From an uncultured Gammaproteobacteria bacterium (lineage in GTDB: Bacteria > Patescibacteriota > Patescibacteriia > Magasanikbacterales > UBA922): a DNA stretch of 64,000 nt. The position numbers were made by a program, and so were the translations under genes. The DNA is taken from positions 242,651-306,650 of the forward strand of contig CAZMHV010000001.1 of the NCBI GenBank assembly GCA_964566225.1, read 5' to 3'. Below the pieces are notes generated by a model. It worked only from the letters and a program-made list of their open reading frames with translations. It did not search any database and was not told the DNA's origin. Positions 49,943 through 57,239 of the stretch are shown piece by piece. The first letter of the stretch is position 1; each line of letters opens with the position of its first letter.

Positions 49943-50373
49943 ACATCTTTTAAAAAATACTTTTTCAAAACATACAATCCTTCTGGATGAAACTGACTTT
50001 CATCTTTTATCATTTCTCTCAATTGCTCCACAGAAAAAGCTTCAACCCGTTCCACTTCTTTTTTATCTGGAATAAATTCTCCATCGTACTGTCCTGTATA
50101 AATATACATCCACTCTTTATCTTCTTCACTAAACACGAATAATTCTTTGGCGATAAATTGTACATCAGCAGAGACACCAATTTCTTCTTGCAGTTCACGG
50201 TGCGCTGCTTGGTCGGGTGTTTCTCCTGCTTCAACTCCTCCTCCGGCAGTAGCATCCCAACAACCTCCGTAACTGTCGTCATCTTTGGCGCGCAGTTGCA
50301 GAAAAATTTTATTTTCTTTGTTACGAAGCATGATGAGCGAAGCCTCAGCAATAGTATGATCTTTATGTAACAT
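49939..50373 (-). CDS. NUDIX hydrolase
   Basis: Nudix box 'GGGVEAGETPDQAAHRELQEEIG'. Confidence 0.85.
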   Translation of the reverse strand: MLHKDHTIAEASLIMLRNKENKIFLQLRAKDDDSYGGCWDATAGGGVEAGETPDQAAHRELQEEIGVSADVQFIAKELFVFSEEDKEWMYIYTGQYDGEFIPDKKEVERVEAFSVEQLREMIKDESQFHPEGLYVLKKYFLKDV

Positions 50374-50465
50374 GTAATTTTATTAATTTTCTTTTATCCC
50401 TCAGAAACTCATTGATTCACGGTTGTATAGACTATAAATCAATGAGCGTTCTTAAGAATAAAATC

Positions 50466-50897
50466 TTATTTTACTTGAATGTCCACTTTTTTCGCTTTGG
50501 CAGGCGAAGCCTTGGGACAGGTAATTTTCAAAATACCTTCTTCAAAGACTGCGGCCACATTGCCTTCGTCCACTGCCACAGGGAGTGGCACTTGACGATA
50601 AAATGAACCACTACGAGTTTCTTTGCGATAGTAATTTTTTTCTTCTACTTCGTGTTCTTTACTACTGGTGCCACTAATGGTGAGCACACCTTTTTCTACA
50701 TTGACTTCAACATTTTTGGGATCAACGCCAGCGAGTGGAGTTTCTACTACCACAGCATCTTTGGTTTCGTACATGTCGAGAGCCGGCACAAAACCTTTTT
50801 GCATTGACTGATTACTGTTCATGGGTAACATGGATTTCATCATTTCATCCATGTCTTGAAATGGGTCCCATTGGGGTGACCATCGAATGATTGACAT
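50466..50897 (-). CDS. Hsp20/alpha-crystallin family small heat shock protein
   Basis: Alpha-crystallin domain 'DMYETKDAVVVETPLAGVDPKNVEVNVEKGVLTISG', 'GILKI'. Confidence 0.85.
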   Translation of the reverse strand: MSIIRWSPQWDPFQDMDEMMKSMLPMNSNQSMQKGFVPALDMYETKDAVVVETPLAGVDPKNVEVNVEKGVLTISGTSSKEHEVEEKNYYRKETRSGSFYRQVPLPVAVDEGNVAAVFEEGILKITCPKASPAKAKKVDIQVK

Positions 50898-50923
50898 AGA
50901 ATTACGGGTTAAAAATAAATATT

Positions 50924-51454
50924 TTATTTTGCAACAATAACTTTGGCAACCTTCAAAACTTTTTCTCCTGCTTTGTATCCACCATCCATTTCTTTGACAA
51001 TTTGGTGTGAAGGAACATTTTCAACTTCTTCTTCGCCAACAATTTCATGAAAACGTGGATCAAACATTTCTCCCACAGTTTTGATTTCTTCAATACTATT
51101 TTGCTTGAGCACGTCACCAAACTGTTTCATGATATATTCAATTCCCTTTTTCCAATTTTCAAATTGTTTAGCGTCTCCATCACCACTTGAAAAAGAAAAC
51201 GCTTTTTTGAAATTGTCGTAAACGGGAATGAATGACTCGAGGATATCTCCTTTGATCATTTGCATCCATTCAGATTTTTGTTTGGCGGTTTCTTTTTGCA
51301 AATTGACATAATCTGCTTGAGCACGTTGCCAACCTTGTTTGTATTCATCCATTTGTTTACGTGAGGCTTCACAGTTTACACAATCTGGAGCAGATTCCAC
51401 GACCACATCATTTTCTTCTGCCTCATCGTTTACATTTTGATTTTCGTCTGACAT
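50924..51454 (-). CDS. grpE: Nucleotide exchange factor GrpE
   Basis: GrpE family C-terminal region; positioned between hrcA and dnaK. Confidence 0.8.
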   Translation of the reverse strand: MSDENQNVNDEAEENDVVVESAPDCVNCEASRKQMDEYKQGWQRAQADYVNLQKETAKQKSEWMQMIKGDILESFIPVYDNFKKAFSFSSGDGDAKQFENWKKGIEYIMKQFGDVLKQNSIEEIKTVGEMFDPRFHEIVGEEEVENVPSHQIVKEMDGGYKAGEKVLKVAKVIVAK

Positions 51455-51458
51455 AAGT

Positions 51459-52142
51459 TTAAGCTAAAATTTGTTTGATATAATTTATAATTCCAATATT
51501 TTTGGTATAGTCCATACGGATTGGTCCAAGCAACGCCACCAGGACATCGTCATTAATTTTCACAAGTACCGTACTACAAAAGGCACCGAGTGGATTTTCA
51601 CTTCCAATCAAAATACGACTTTCAGCATCGGATACTTTTTCAAACAGTCCTGGTACATGTTCTTCACAGTGATCAAAAATTGATGAGACACGAATGGTTT
51701 GATTTACATTTTGAAATTCTGGTTGTGCAAACAAATAGGAAATCCCGGTATAGTAAATTTTATCTTTGCCAAAAGCAATGATAATTGCGTTTTGGGAATA
51801 TGCTGCGGAGAGTTTGGCTAATTCTTTGAGCGTTAATTCTTGTTCAAAGTCTCCTGCAATAATTTTTTGGGCATTTTCCTCGTACACAGAAGCTACTTCC
51901 GGGTCCCCTGCCAGATGTTCGACATAGTATTTATAACCAAGTTCTGTAGGGATACGACCAGCAGACGTGTGTGGGTGGGTCAAAAAGCCCTGTGTTTCGA
52001 GTTCACTCAGTTCATTGCGGATAGTGGCGCCACTGACGTCAAGTTCACCTAAATCTGCCAAAAATTTGGATCCAACAGGTTCTGCGGTCTTGATGTAGCT
52101 CTCAATAACGAGCTTGAGGAGTTGTTGTTGGCGTGGTTCCAT
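51459..52142 (-). CDS. hrcA: Heat-inducible transcription repressor HrcA (short, 227 aa)
   Basis: N-terminal wHTH 'EPVGSKFLADLGELDVSGATIRNELSELETQGFLTHPHTSAGRIPT'; CIRCE immediately upstream. Confidence 0.8.
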   Translation of the reverse strand: MEPRQQQLLKLVIESYIKTAEPVGSKFLADLGELDVSGATIRNELSELETQGFLTHPHTSAGRIPTELGYKYYVEHLAGDPEVASVYEENAQKIIAGDFEQELTLKELAKLSAAYSQNAIIIAFGKDKIYYTGISYLFAQPEFQNVNQTIRVSSIFDHCEEHVPGLFEKVSDAESRILIGSENPLGAFCSTVLVKINDDVLVALLGPIRMDYTKNIGIINYIKQILA

Positions 52143-52146
52143 AAAT

Positions 52147-52173
52147 TTAGCACTCTAACCTTCTGAGTGATAA
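52147..52173 (-). promoter_or_regulatory. CIRCE operator (HrcA binding site)
   Basis: TTAGCACTC-N9-GAGTGATAA, one mismatch to the consensus TTAGCACTC-N9-GAGTGCTAA; 4 nt upstream of the hrcA start. Confidence 0.8.
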
Positions 52174-52176
52174 TTT

Positions 52177-52207
52177 ACCATAACAAAAACCCCCTGTAAA
52201 GGGGGTT
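52177..52207 (-). terminator. Rho-independent terminator for the SPFH gene
   Basis: AACCCCC-TTTACA-GGGGGTT followed by a T-run on the minus strand. Confidence 0.65.
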
Positions 52208-52225
52208 ATCCACATTGATTTGTAA

Positions 52226-52813
52226 TTATTCTGCAGCCTTAGCGTAATCTTGAATATTTCCTATTTCAGAGAGCAAAACATTTTCTACAAAGATCCCACG
52301 GGCATAAAAAATGCGTTCCAGCTCGTTTTTGAGCTCGGTTTCCACATCGTCACGCTTTGGACCCACAATATCTGCCTGAGAATAGCGACTCGCTACCATA
52401 CGAATACGACTGCGAACCGTTGGGCGGATGATTTTTTCTACGAAATCTTCACCAATATTTTGCCAGATCACTGGAATTTGGTGAATATCGAGACGAAGTA
52501 AAACCGTACCTTCTACCCCAATACGTTTACCATCAGCCGTAACAGCAGCAATAGGAATATCTCCGAGAGCTTTTTCAAAAGAAGCATTGAAGTTACGACT
52601 AATACTGTATTCTAATGTTTGGGTATTAAATAACTTGGCTTTTTGCCAAAAAGGAATCTTGAAATGAAGTCCTGGAGTCAAAACCTTTTTGAGAACTCCA
52701 CGGCCAAGATCGTAAACACAAGCGACATATCCTGGTGGGACATGAATAAAAAGCCCTTTGAGCACATCCTCCATGACAAAGGAGTACATCATTTTGTCAA
52801 TCGATTCTGCCAT
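52226..52813 (-). CDS. SPFH/Band-7 (stomatin/prohibitin/HflK-C-like) domain protein
   Basis: Band-7 core similarity in 'YVACVYDLGRGVLKKVLTPGLHFKIPFWQKAKLFNTQTLEY'. Confidence 0.65.
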   Translation of the reverse strand: MAESIDKMMYSFVMEDVLKGLFIHVPPGYVACVYDLGRGVLKKVLTPGLHFKIPFWQKAKLFNTQTLEYSISRNFNASFEKALGDIPIAAVTADGKRIGVEGTVLLRLDIHQIPVIWQNIGEDFVEKIIRPTVRSRIRMVASRYSQADIVGPKRDDVETELKNELERIFYARGIFVENVLLSEIGNIQDYAKAAE

Positions 52814-52840
52814 ATTTTTGCTGTGTTAAGAGAAAATTGT

Positions 52841-53572
52841 CTAGTGACCAGATTTTTTGTCTTTGGGAGCAAAAATCGTTTTACTAAACTGGTGAATTAT
52901 ATCAGAAAAAAGCGAAGATGTCAATATAAAGAGGGACTTTACCATAGGAAGCATCCAGAGCGCCAAGAACGAAAAAACTGGAAAAACCAAGAGATATGCC
53001 AGATTGGCTTGACTAATTTTTTTGTCTTTTTGGTGACGATATTCCAAGTAAATTTCAAAAAAGAGCACCAGTCCGACCACCAATGGCCAAAACAAAGTAT
53101 GTGTCTCACCAAGCTCAAATCCGTAAAAATTGGTGTTGATAGTCCCTGGAATTTCTACTGATGGATAGAGGTATTCAAGCAGATTACGTCCACTGATACC
53201 ACGAATAAATACTTGGTAGAGAAGAATCAATACCAGAAGTTGTACCCCAATAACAATGATTCTCGCAAATGGGCGTACTTTTCTTTTTTTCAAAATTTTA
53301 CGCACATGCATTTTTTGCTGAACCGGATCTTGTTTGAATTCTTTCATCACTTTTTCTACTTCATGTTCAAGTTCTACATTTTGCGCTTGAGTCTTTTCGG
53401 TAAGTAAAGTAAATGGAAGTAATGCCAAACGGAGCAAAATAGTCAGATACACCACAGCCCAACCCAAATTTTGGTCAGTCCAGTTGTTGTAAATCCAAAT
53501 CAAAAGGTTAAAAACTGGTTTATACAAATATTCGTTCCACAAATCAAACATAAAAAAGAGACAAAAGTACAA
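52841..53572 (-). CDS. yidC: Membrane protein insertase YidC/Oxa1 family (short form)
   Basis: 'NLGWAVVYLTILLRLALLPFTLLTEKTQ' is the conserved first-TM region of YidC; a polytopic membrane protein. Confidence 0.75.
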   Translation of the reverse strand: MYFCLFFMFDLWNEYLYKPVFNLLIWIYNNWTDQNLGWAVVYLTILLRLALLPFTLLTEKTQAQNVELEHEVEKVMKEFKQDPVQQKMHVRKILKKRKVRPFARIIVIGVQLLVLILLYQVFIRGISGRNLLEYLYPSVEIPGTINTNFYGFELGETHTLFWPLVVGLVLFFEIYLEYRHQKDKKISQANLAYLLVFPVFSFLALWMLPMVKSLFILTSSLFSDIIHQFSKTIFAPKDKKSGH

Positions 53573-53612
53573 TGAATAGTATACCAGAAAAAGAGATAAA
53601 AAGCAATGAAAC

Positions 53613-53641
53613 TTGACAAAAATTCAAAAATAATGTATTAT
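53613..53641 (+). promoter_or_regulatory. sigma70-like promoter TTGACA-N17-TATTAT upstream of the tRNA pair
   Basis: Consensus -35, exact 17-nt spacer, -10 TATTAT; the tRNA begins 17 nt downstream. Confidence 0.55.
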
Positions 53642-53658
53642 TTCGAGTCAAATAATTT

Positions 53659-53733
53659 GGGGTCATAGCTCAATGGTAGAGCGAAGCGACCTTGGAAGTC
53701 GCACGGTTCGGGGTTCGAGTCCCCGTGATTCCA
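53659..53733 (+). tRNA. tRNA, probably tRNA-Pro (anticodon TGG), with non-canonical linker lengths
   Basis: Canonical D-arm GCTC-AATGGTA-GAGC, T-arm CGGGG-TTCGAGT-CCCCG, 7-bp acceptor (two G-U). The anticodon stem GCGAC/GTCGC with loop CTTGGAA is preceded by 3 nt (GAA) and followed by a 6-nt variable loop. Confidence 0.55.
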
Positions 53734-53744
53734 TGATTTTGACT

Positions 53745-53758
53745 GGCACTTCGGTGCC
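53745..53758 (+). other. C(UUCG)G tetraloop hairpin in the inter-tRNA spacer
   Basis: GGCAC-TTCG-GTGCC, followed by TCTTT. Confidence 0.4.
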
Positions 53759-53763
53759 TCTTT

Positions 53764-53835
53764 GGGGTTGTAGCTCAGCGGTAGAGCAGTGGGTTTAGGT
53801 CCCATGGGTCAGGGGTTCAAATCCCCTCTTCTCTA
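53764..53835 (+). tRNA. tRNA-like element with a tRNA-Leu(UAG)-type anticodon loop but class-I architecture and a non-pairing acceptor stem (possible pseudo-tRNA)
   Basis: D-arm GCTC-AGCGGTA-GAGC, anticodon stem GTGGG/CCCAT with loop TTTAGGT (identical to the E. coli tRNA-Leu-UAG loop), 5-nt variable loop, perfect T-arm AGGGG-TTCAAAT-CCCCT. The following 7 nt CTTCTCT do not pair with the 5' GGGGTTG; a CAACCC complement lies 10 nt further on. Confidence 0.35.
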
Positions 53836-53841
53836 TCCAAC

Positions 53842-53880
53842 CCGGGGTGTAGGCTTGTCCATGTGACACCTACACCCCGG
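53842..53880 (+). other. Perfect 12-bp hairpin (CCGGGGTGTAGG / CCTACACCCCGG, 15-nt loop) downstream of the tRNA-like element
   Basis: Seen in sequence; no T-run follows immediately. Confidence 0.4.
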
Positions 53881-53898
53881 GAACCAATTCACCAAAAC

Positions 53899-53932
53899 AA
53901 AAAGACATCCAGTATTTAGGATGTCTTTTTTA
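53899..53932. terminator. Bidirectional rho-independent terminator (tRNA operon / Mur ligase gene)
   Basis: AGACATCC-loop-GGATGTCT followed by TTTTTT; overlaps the stop codon of the minus-strand gene. Confidence 0.6.
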
Positions 53933-55262
53933 ATACTTCTCGAACAATTTTTCTGTCGTCCCAAGGAATAATTTTTCCTTTCACCACCATGCCCTGTTCA
54001 CTGCCCTTGCCTGTAATAAGTACCAAATCTTGTGGTCCTGCCATTTCAAGGGCCTTTTCAATGGCCTCTTTGCGATCCAAAATTTTAAATATATTTGTGC
54101 CTTCTTGTTTGCCTGTTTTCAGTACAGCAGAAGCCACATCATCAATAATGGTTTGAGGATTATCGTCGTATGGGTCTTCGTCGGTAATAATACACATGTC
54201 AGCATGATTCCCCACAAACTCACCCACGGTAAAACGACGCTGCACATCTCGGCCACCACCAGTAGAACCAAATACATGAATCACACGTTTGGGTACCAAA
54301 AGTTTTACTACTTCGTACAATTTTTGAATTGCCACAGGCTCAAATGCATAATCCACAATAACCTGAAATCCTTTTGCTTCGGCTTCTTTGATAAATTCCA
54401 AACGTCCTTCTGGTCCCTGCAAATTATTCACAGCTTGTTTTAACAGTGCCTCGGAAATTTGTAACCGATGCGCCACAGTGAGTGCTGCCAAAATATTTGA
54501 CACATTGTGTTCACCATAGAGTGGTGCATGAAAACTGTTTCCATTCCATACAAAGTGCAAACCATTTTTATCTGTGACAATATTTGCATTTGAACTTTGA
54601 AATTGTAATTTTTCATCAAAAGAATACTGCAAAAATTCATTGGCATATTCATTGTCGCCGTTGACCACAGCAATTTTTGGAATAGTATTTGAAAAAATCT
54701 TTTGCACTTTTGGTGTGAGCGCACGTGGTCCAGTCCATCGTCTTTGTGTGCCATGCACATTTTTGCGTCGAAGATTTGCAATGTGTTTGAAAAAAGAAAG
54801 TTTGGCGCCTTTGTAATTTTTGAAACTGCCATGTGACTCGATGTGTTCTGGATACAAATTGGTGAGCATGGCAATGTCGTAATTGATAAACCGGTGACGA
54901 TGCTGCACTACACCTTCGGATGTGGTTTCCACAATGGCAATGTCACATTGTTTGTTTACCATTTCACGCAAATACTTTTGAATTTGCATTTTGCCAAGCA
55001 TGGTCATTTTTTGGTCGTTGAGTTTCATTTCACCATTGATGTAAAAATCAATGGTAGAAAGTGAGCCGACTTTGAAACCAGCAGACTCCAAAATTTGTCG
55101 TAGAAAAAAAGTGGTGCTTGATTTGCCACTGGTTCCCGTAATACCAATCACCAGCAAACAATCTGCAGGGTGATGGTATTCGAGCGCGCCATACCAAGCA
55201 TAGTACAAATGCTTGAGGTTACGAATAGGTTTGGGGAGGAGTTTTTTGATGAGGGTTTTCAT
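53916..55262 (-). CDS. Mur ligase family protein, probably UDP-N-acetylmuramoyl-tripeptide synthetase (MurE-like, lacking the N-terminal domain)
   Basis: 'VIGITGTSGKSSTTF', 'NLYPEHIESHG', 'GRLEFI', 'DYAFEP' match MurE/Mur-ligase motifs. Confidence 0.6.
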   Translation of the reverse strand: MKTLIKKLLPKPIRNLKHLYYAWYGALEYHHPADCLLVIGITGTSGKSSTTFFLRQILESAGFKVGSLSTIDFYINGEMKLNDQKMTMLGKMQIQKYLREMVNKQCDIAIVETTSEGVVQHRHRFINYDIAMLTNLYPEHIESHGSFKNYKGAKLSFFKHIANLRRKNVHGTQRRWTGPRALTPKVQKIFSNTIPKIAVVNGDNEYANEFLQYSFDEKLQFQSSNANIVTDKNGLHFVWNGNSFHAPLYGEHNVSNILAALTVAHRLQISEALLKQAVNNLQGPEGRLEFIKEAEAKGFQVIVDYAFEPVAIQKLYEVVKLLVPKRVIHVFGSTGGGRDVQRRFTVGEFVGNHADMCIITDEDPYDDNPQTIIDDVASAVLKTGKQEGTNIFKILDRKEAIEKALEMAGPQDLVLITGKGSEQGMVVKGKIIPWDDRKIVREVLKKTS

Positions 55263-55441
55263 AGGATTGATTTATTTTAGCGGAATTAAAGAGAAAATAC
55301 AACCCATTTAAAAAAATTTGACAAAAAAATAAAGTTCGTATAAAGTTGAATTATATGAATAAACAAATCTCATCAATCCAAACTACCACCACAACCTGCC
55401 CTCTTGGCTAAGGCTGTGGTTTGATATCTCTATCTTCCAAA

Positions 55442-55468
55442 CTGCCCTAGCCGGGGCAGTTTTTGTTT
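55442..55468 (+). terminator. Terminator-like hairpin followed by a T-run, upstream of the GC-rich small ORF
   Basis: CTGCCC-loop-GGGCAG then TTTTTGTTT. Confidence 0.35.
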
Positions 55469-55539
55469 ATCGCGATATGCATCGATGCGGAATGGTCCGT
55501 GTCGATGCAGGGTCGCGAGAAACAGAAGAAGGAGGAAAT

Positions 55540-55887
55540 GTGAGACCTGATCTCTACCATCCGTGGTCGCCAGACGTGGGGCAGATGCTTCACGTCGGAA
55601 GCTGGCAGGTGGGATGTGTGCCACCGAGGGAGATGAAAGTGGAGGTCACGGTGCCTCCCGTGCAAAAGAAAGGACGGACGGCGTTCGCAGAGTGGCTCAA
55701 GGGGGTGAGCCAGTCGGAAAGCCGGATGCGAGTGCCAGGCGAGATCATCACCATGGGCGAGAACGTCTGCTCATGCTACATTTGCACGTGTGGATGCTAT
55801 AACCAATCGCGAGGAGGGATGCAGTACTTCATCGAAAAGCGTGAAGGCGTGTTCGTTCACGACTTCTGCGGAGAATCGGTGGAGTGA
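55540..55887 (+). CDS. GC-rich small cysteine-cluster protein (about 115 aa), hypothetical
   Basis: GTG start 4 nt after a perfect AAGGAGG; about 58% GC against an AT-rich background; motif 'CSCYICTCGCY' plus 'DFCGE'; followed by a strong GC hairpin terminator. Confidence 0.35.
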   Translation: MRPDLYHPWSPDVGQMLHVGSWQVGCVPPREMKVEVTVPPVQKKGRTAFAEWLKGVSQSESRMRVPGEIITMGENVCSCYICTCGCYNQSRGGMQYFIEKREGVFVHDFCGESVE

Positions 55888-55935
55888 AAAAAAAGGCGGC
55901 CGAGGATGTTCCCGGCCGCCGCTTCGATTTTGTTT
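55887..55935. terminator. Bidirectional rho-independent terminator with an 8-bp all-GC stem
   Basis: A8-GGCGGCCG-loop-CGGCCGCC-GCTTCGATTTTGTTTT between convergent genes. Confidence 0.7.
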
Positions 55936-56282
55936 TAGAGGGCATTTACAAATCCCTGAAGAAAAGCAATATCTTCACCTGTACCAATTTTATTTTTTTT
56001 GAGAATTTCAATTACCTTTTGTTTGTAATCTTTATCTTTTTGAGATTCTTTTTCAAGGCGTTTAAAAATGTCTGTGGTATAATCTGATAGTTTTCGATCA
56101 ATATATGTCTTCAGATTATGTTCTAACTTCACGTTTTCTGATTTCATCTCTGTTCGTAAACCATCGATTTTTCCATCCATCATATCTGACATGGCCGGAA
56201 TCAAAAAATCATTAGCAAACTCTACCAATAAATCTTTCATTTCTTCTTTTGTTGCAGGAGAATTATTTTTCATATACATCAA
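55935..56282 (-). CDS. hypothetical helical protein (115 aa), co-transcribed downstream of the translin homologue
   Basis: AT-rich native-type composition; no recognisable motif. Confidence 0.45.
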   Translation of the reverse strand: MMYMKNNSPATKEEMKDLLVEFANDFLIPAMSDMMDGKIDGLRTEMKSENVKLEHNLKTYIDRKLSDYTTDIFKRLEKESQKDKDYKQKVIEILKKNKIGTGEDIAFLQGFVNAL

Positions 56283-56316
56283 TTATAATCATCCTTTTCT
56301 TTTTCTGTCAAGTCTG

Positions 56317-56901
56317 CTACTTTCCACCACGCAGTGTCGTCTCATACACCACCACCTCAAGTTTATGCGCCGCCTGTTTGGCCTGGTCAAATTTGTTGCG
56401 TAAATATTTGGTGAGATTAAATTCCATGAGTTCACCAATAATTTCTTCGGCAGCAAGGGAACATTTTTTTACTGTGTTCATGTCGTGATTGGTTGCGGCA
56501 CGAATGGCGTAGCGAAAGAGTTCGCCTGGAACATCACAGAGACCTGCCAAATAAATTTCACCTGGCACATCAAGTCCTTTGACTTCTCCCATTTCTCCGG
56601 TTTTCAAAAATTGGTAAAATAAACTGGCTTCCACATATTCTTCGAGTGCTGCGGCAAAAACACCTTCGTCTTGAATTTCTGGATTCTTTTTATTGCGTTT
56701 GACCAAATCTTTCATGATGGATTCCACGAGTTTCAACTTTTGTTCGGCCTCTTTGACTTCACCTCGGTGAAGATCAAAAATAACTCGCTTGGCATGGTGC
56801 AAAGCATCGTCAGAACTTTTAATAACGTCCCGGCGGATGAGGGCGTATTCATGAAGATTTTTCTTGAGTTTTTCTACGTAATTCTTTTTGAGCATAGGCA
56901 A
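56317..56901 (-). CDS. Translin-family protein
   Basis: 'EEYVEASLFYQFL', 'YLAGLCDVPGELFRYAIRAATNHD' and 'LRNKFDQAKQAAHKLEVVVYETTLRG' align with the human translin C-terminal region ('YLVGVLQLASELSRLSVNSVTAGD', 'LRKRYDGLKYDVKKVEEVVYDLSIRG'). Confidence 0.6.
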   Translation of the reverse strand: MPMLKKNYVEKLKKNLHEYALIRRDVIKSSDDALHHAKRVIFDLHRGEVKEAEQKLKLVESIMKDLVKRNKKNPEIQDEGVFAAALEEYVEASLFYQFLKTGEMGEVKGLDVPGEIYLAGLCDVPGELFRYAIRAATNHDMNTVKKCSLAAEEIIGELMEFNLTKYLRNKFDQAKQAAHKLEVVVYETTLRGGK

Positions 56902-56958
56902 AAATAAGGGTCAATAAGTGCCTGTATTATATACTCCCCACCCCTTTTGGTCAAAAAC

Positions 56959-56987
56959 TTGACTTTTTTTTGAAAAAGTTTTATTAT
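56959..56987 (+). promoter_or_regulatory. sigma70-like promoter TTGACT-N17-TATTAT upstream of tRNA-Lys
   Basis: Exact 17-nt spacer; the tRNA begins 21 nt downstream. Confidence 0.5.
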
Positions 56988-57008
56988 AAAGCGGTTCAAA
57001 AAAACCAT

Positions 57009-57081
57009 GGGATGGTAGCTCAGTCGGTAGAGCAGTAGCCTTTTAAGCTAATGGTCCTGGGTTCGATCCCCAGCCGTCCCA
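57009..57081 (+). tRNA. tRNA-Lys (anticodon TTT)
   Basis: Acceptor GGGATGG/CCGTCCC, D-arm GCTC-AGTCGGTA-GAGC, anticodon loop CTTTTAA, T-arm CTGGG-TTCGATC-CCCAG, discriminator A; no encoded CCA. Confidence 0.8.
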
Positions 57082-57084
57082 CAC

Positions 57085-57120
57085 AAAAAAATACCTCGAG
57101 AAATTCGAGGTATTTTTTAT
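57085..57120 (+). terminator. Rho-independent terminator after tRNA-Lys
   Basis: ATACCTCGA-GAAAT-TCGAGGTAT followed by TTTTTT. Confidence 0.7.
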
Positions 57121-57239
57121 TATATTTTTCAATCCCGCACTCCTAGAATATGTCGAACAGTCAACAGATTCTGCTGCTGCGGGATCGACGAAATTTCACC
57201 TTCTCCCCCGCAACAACACCGGCATTGCACCGGGGGGGG

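Noticed and set aside
55715-55739. RNase P RNA-like string GGAAAG-CCGG...GTGCCAGG inside the GC-rich ORF
   Set aside because: Lacks the rest of the P4 helix, the GNRA-rich P12 region and the ACAGAACCCGGCTTA 3' motif; similarity limited to about 15 nt.
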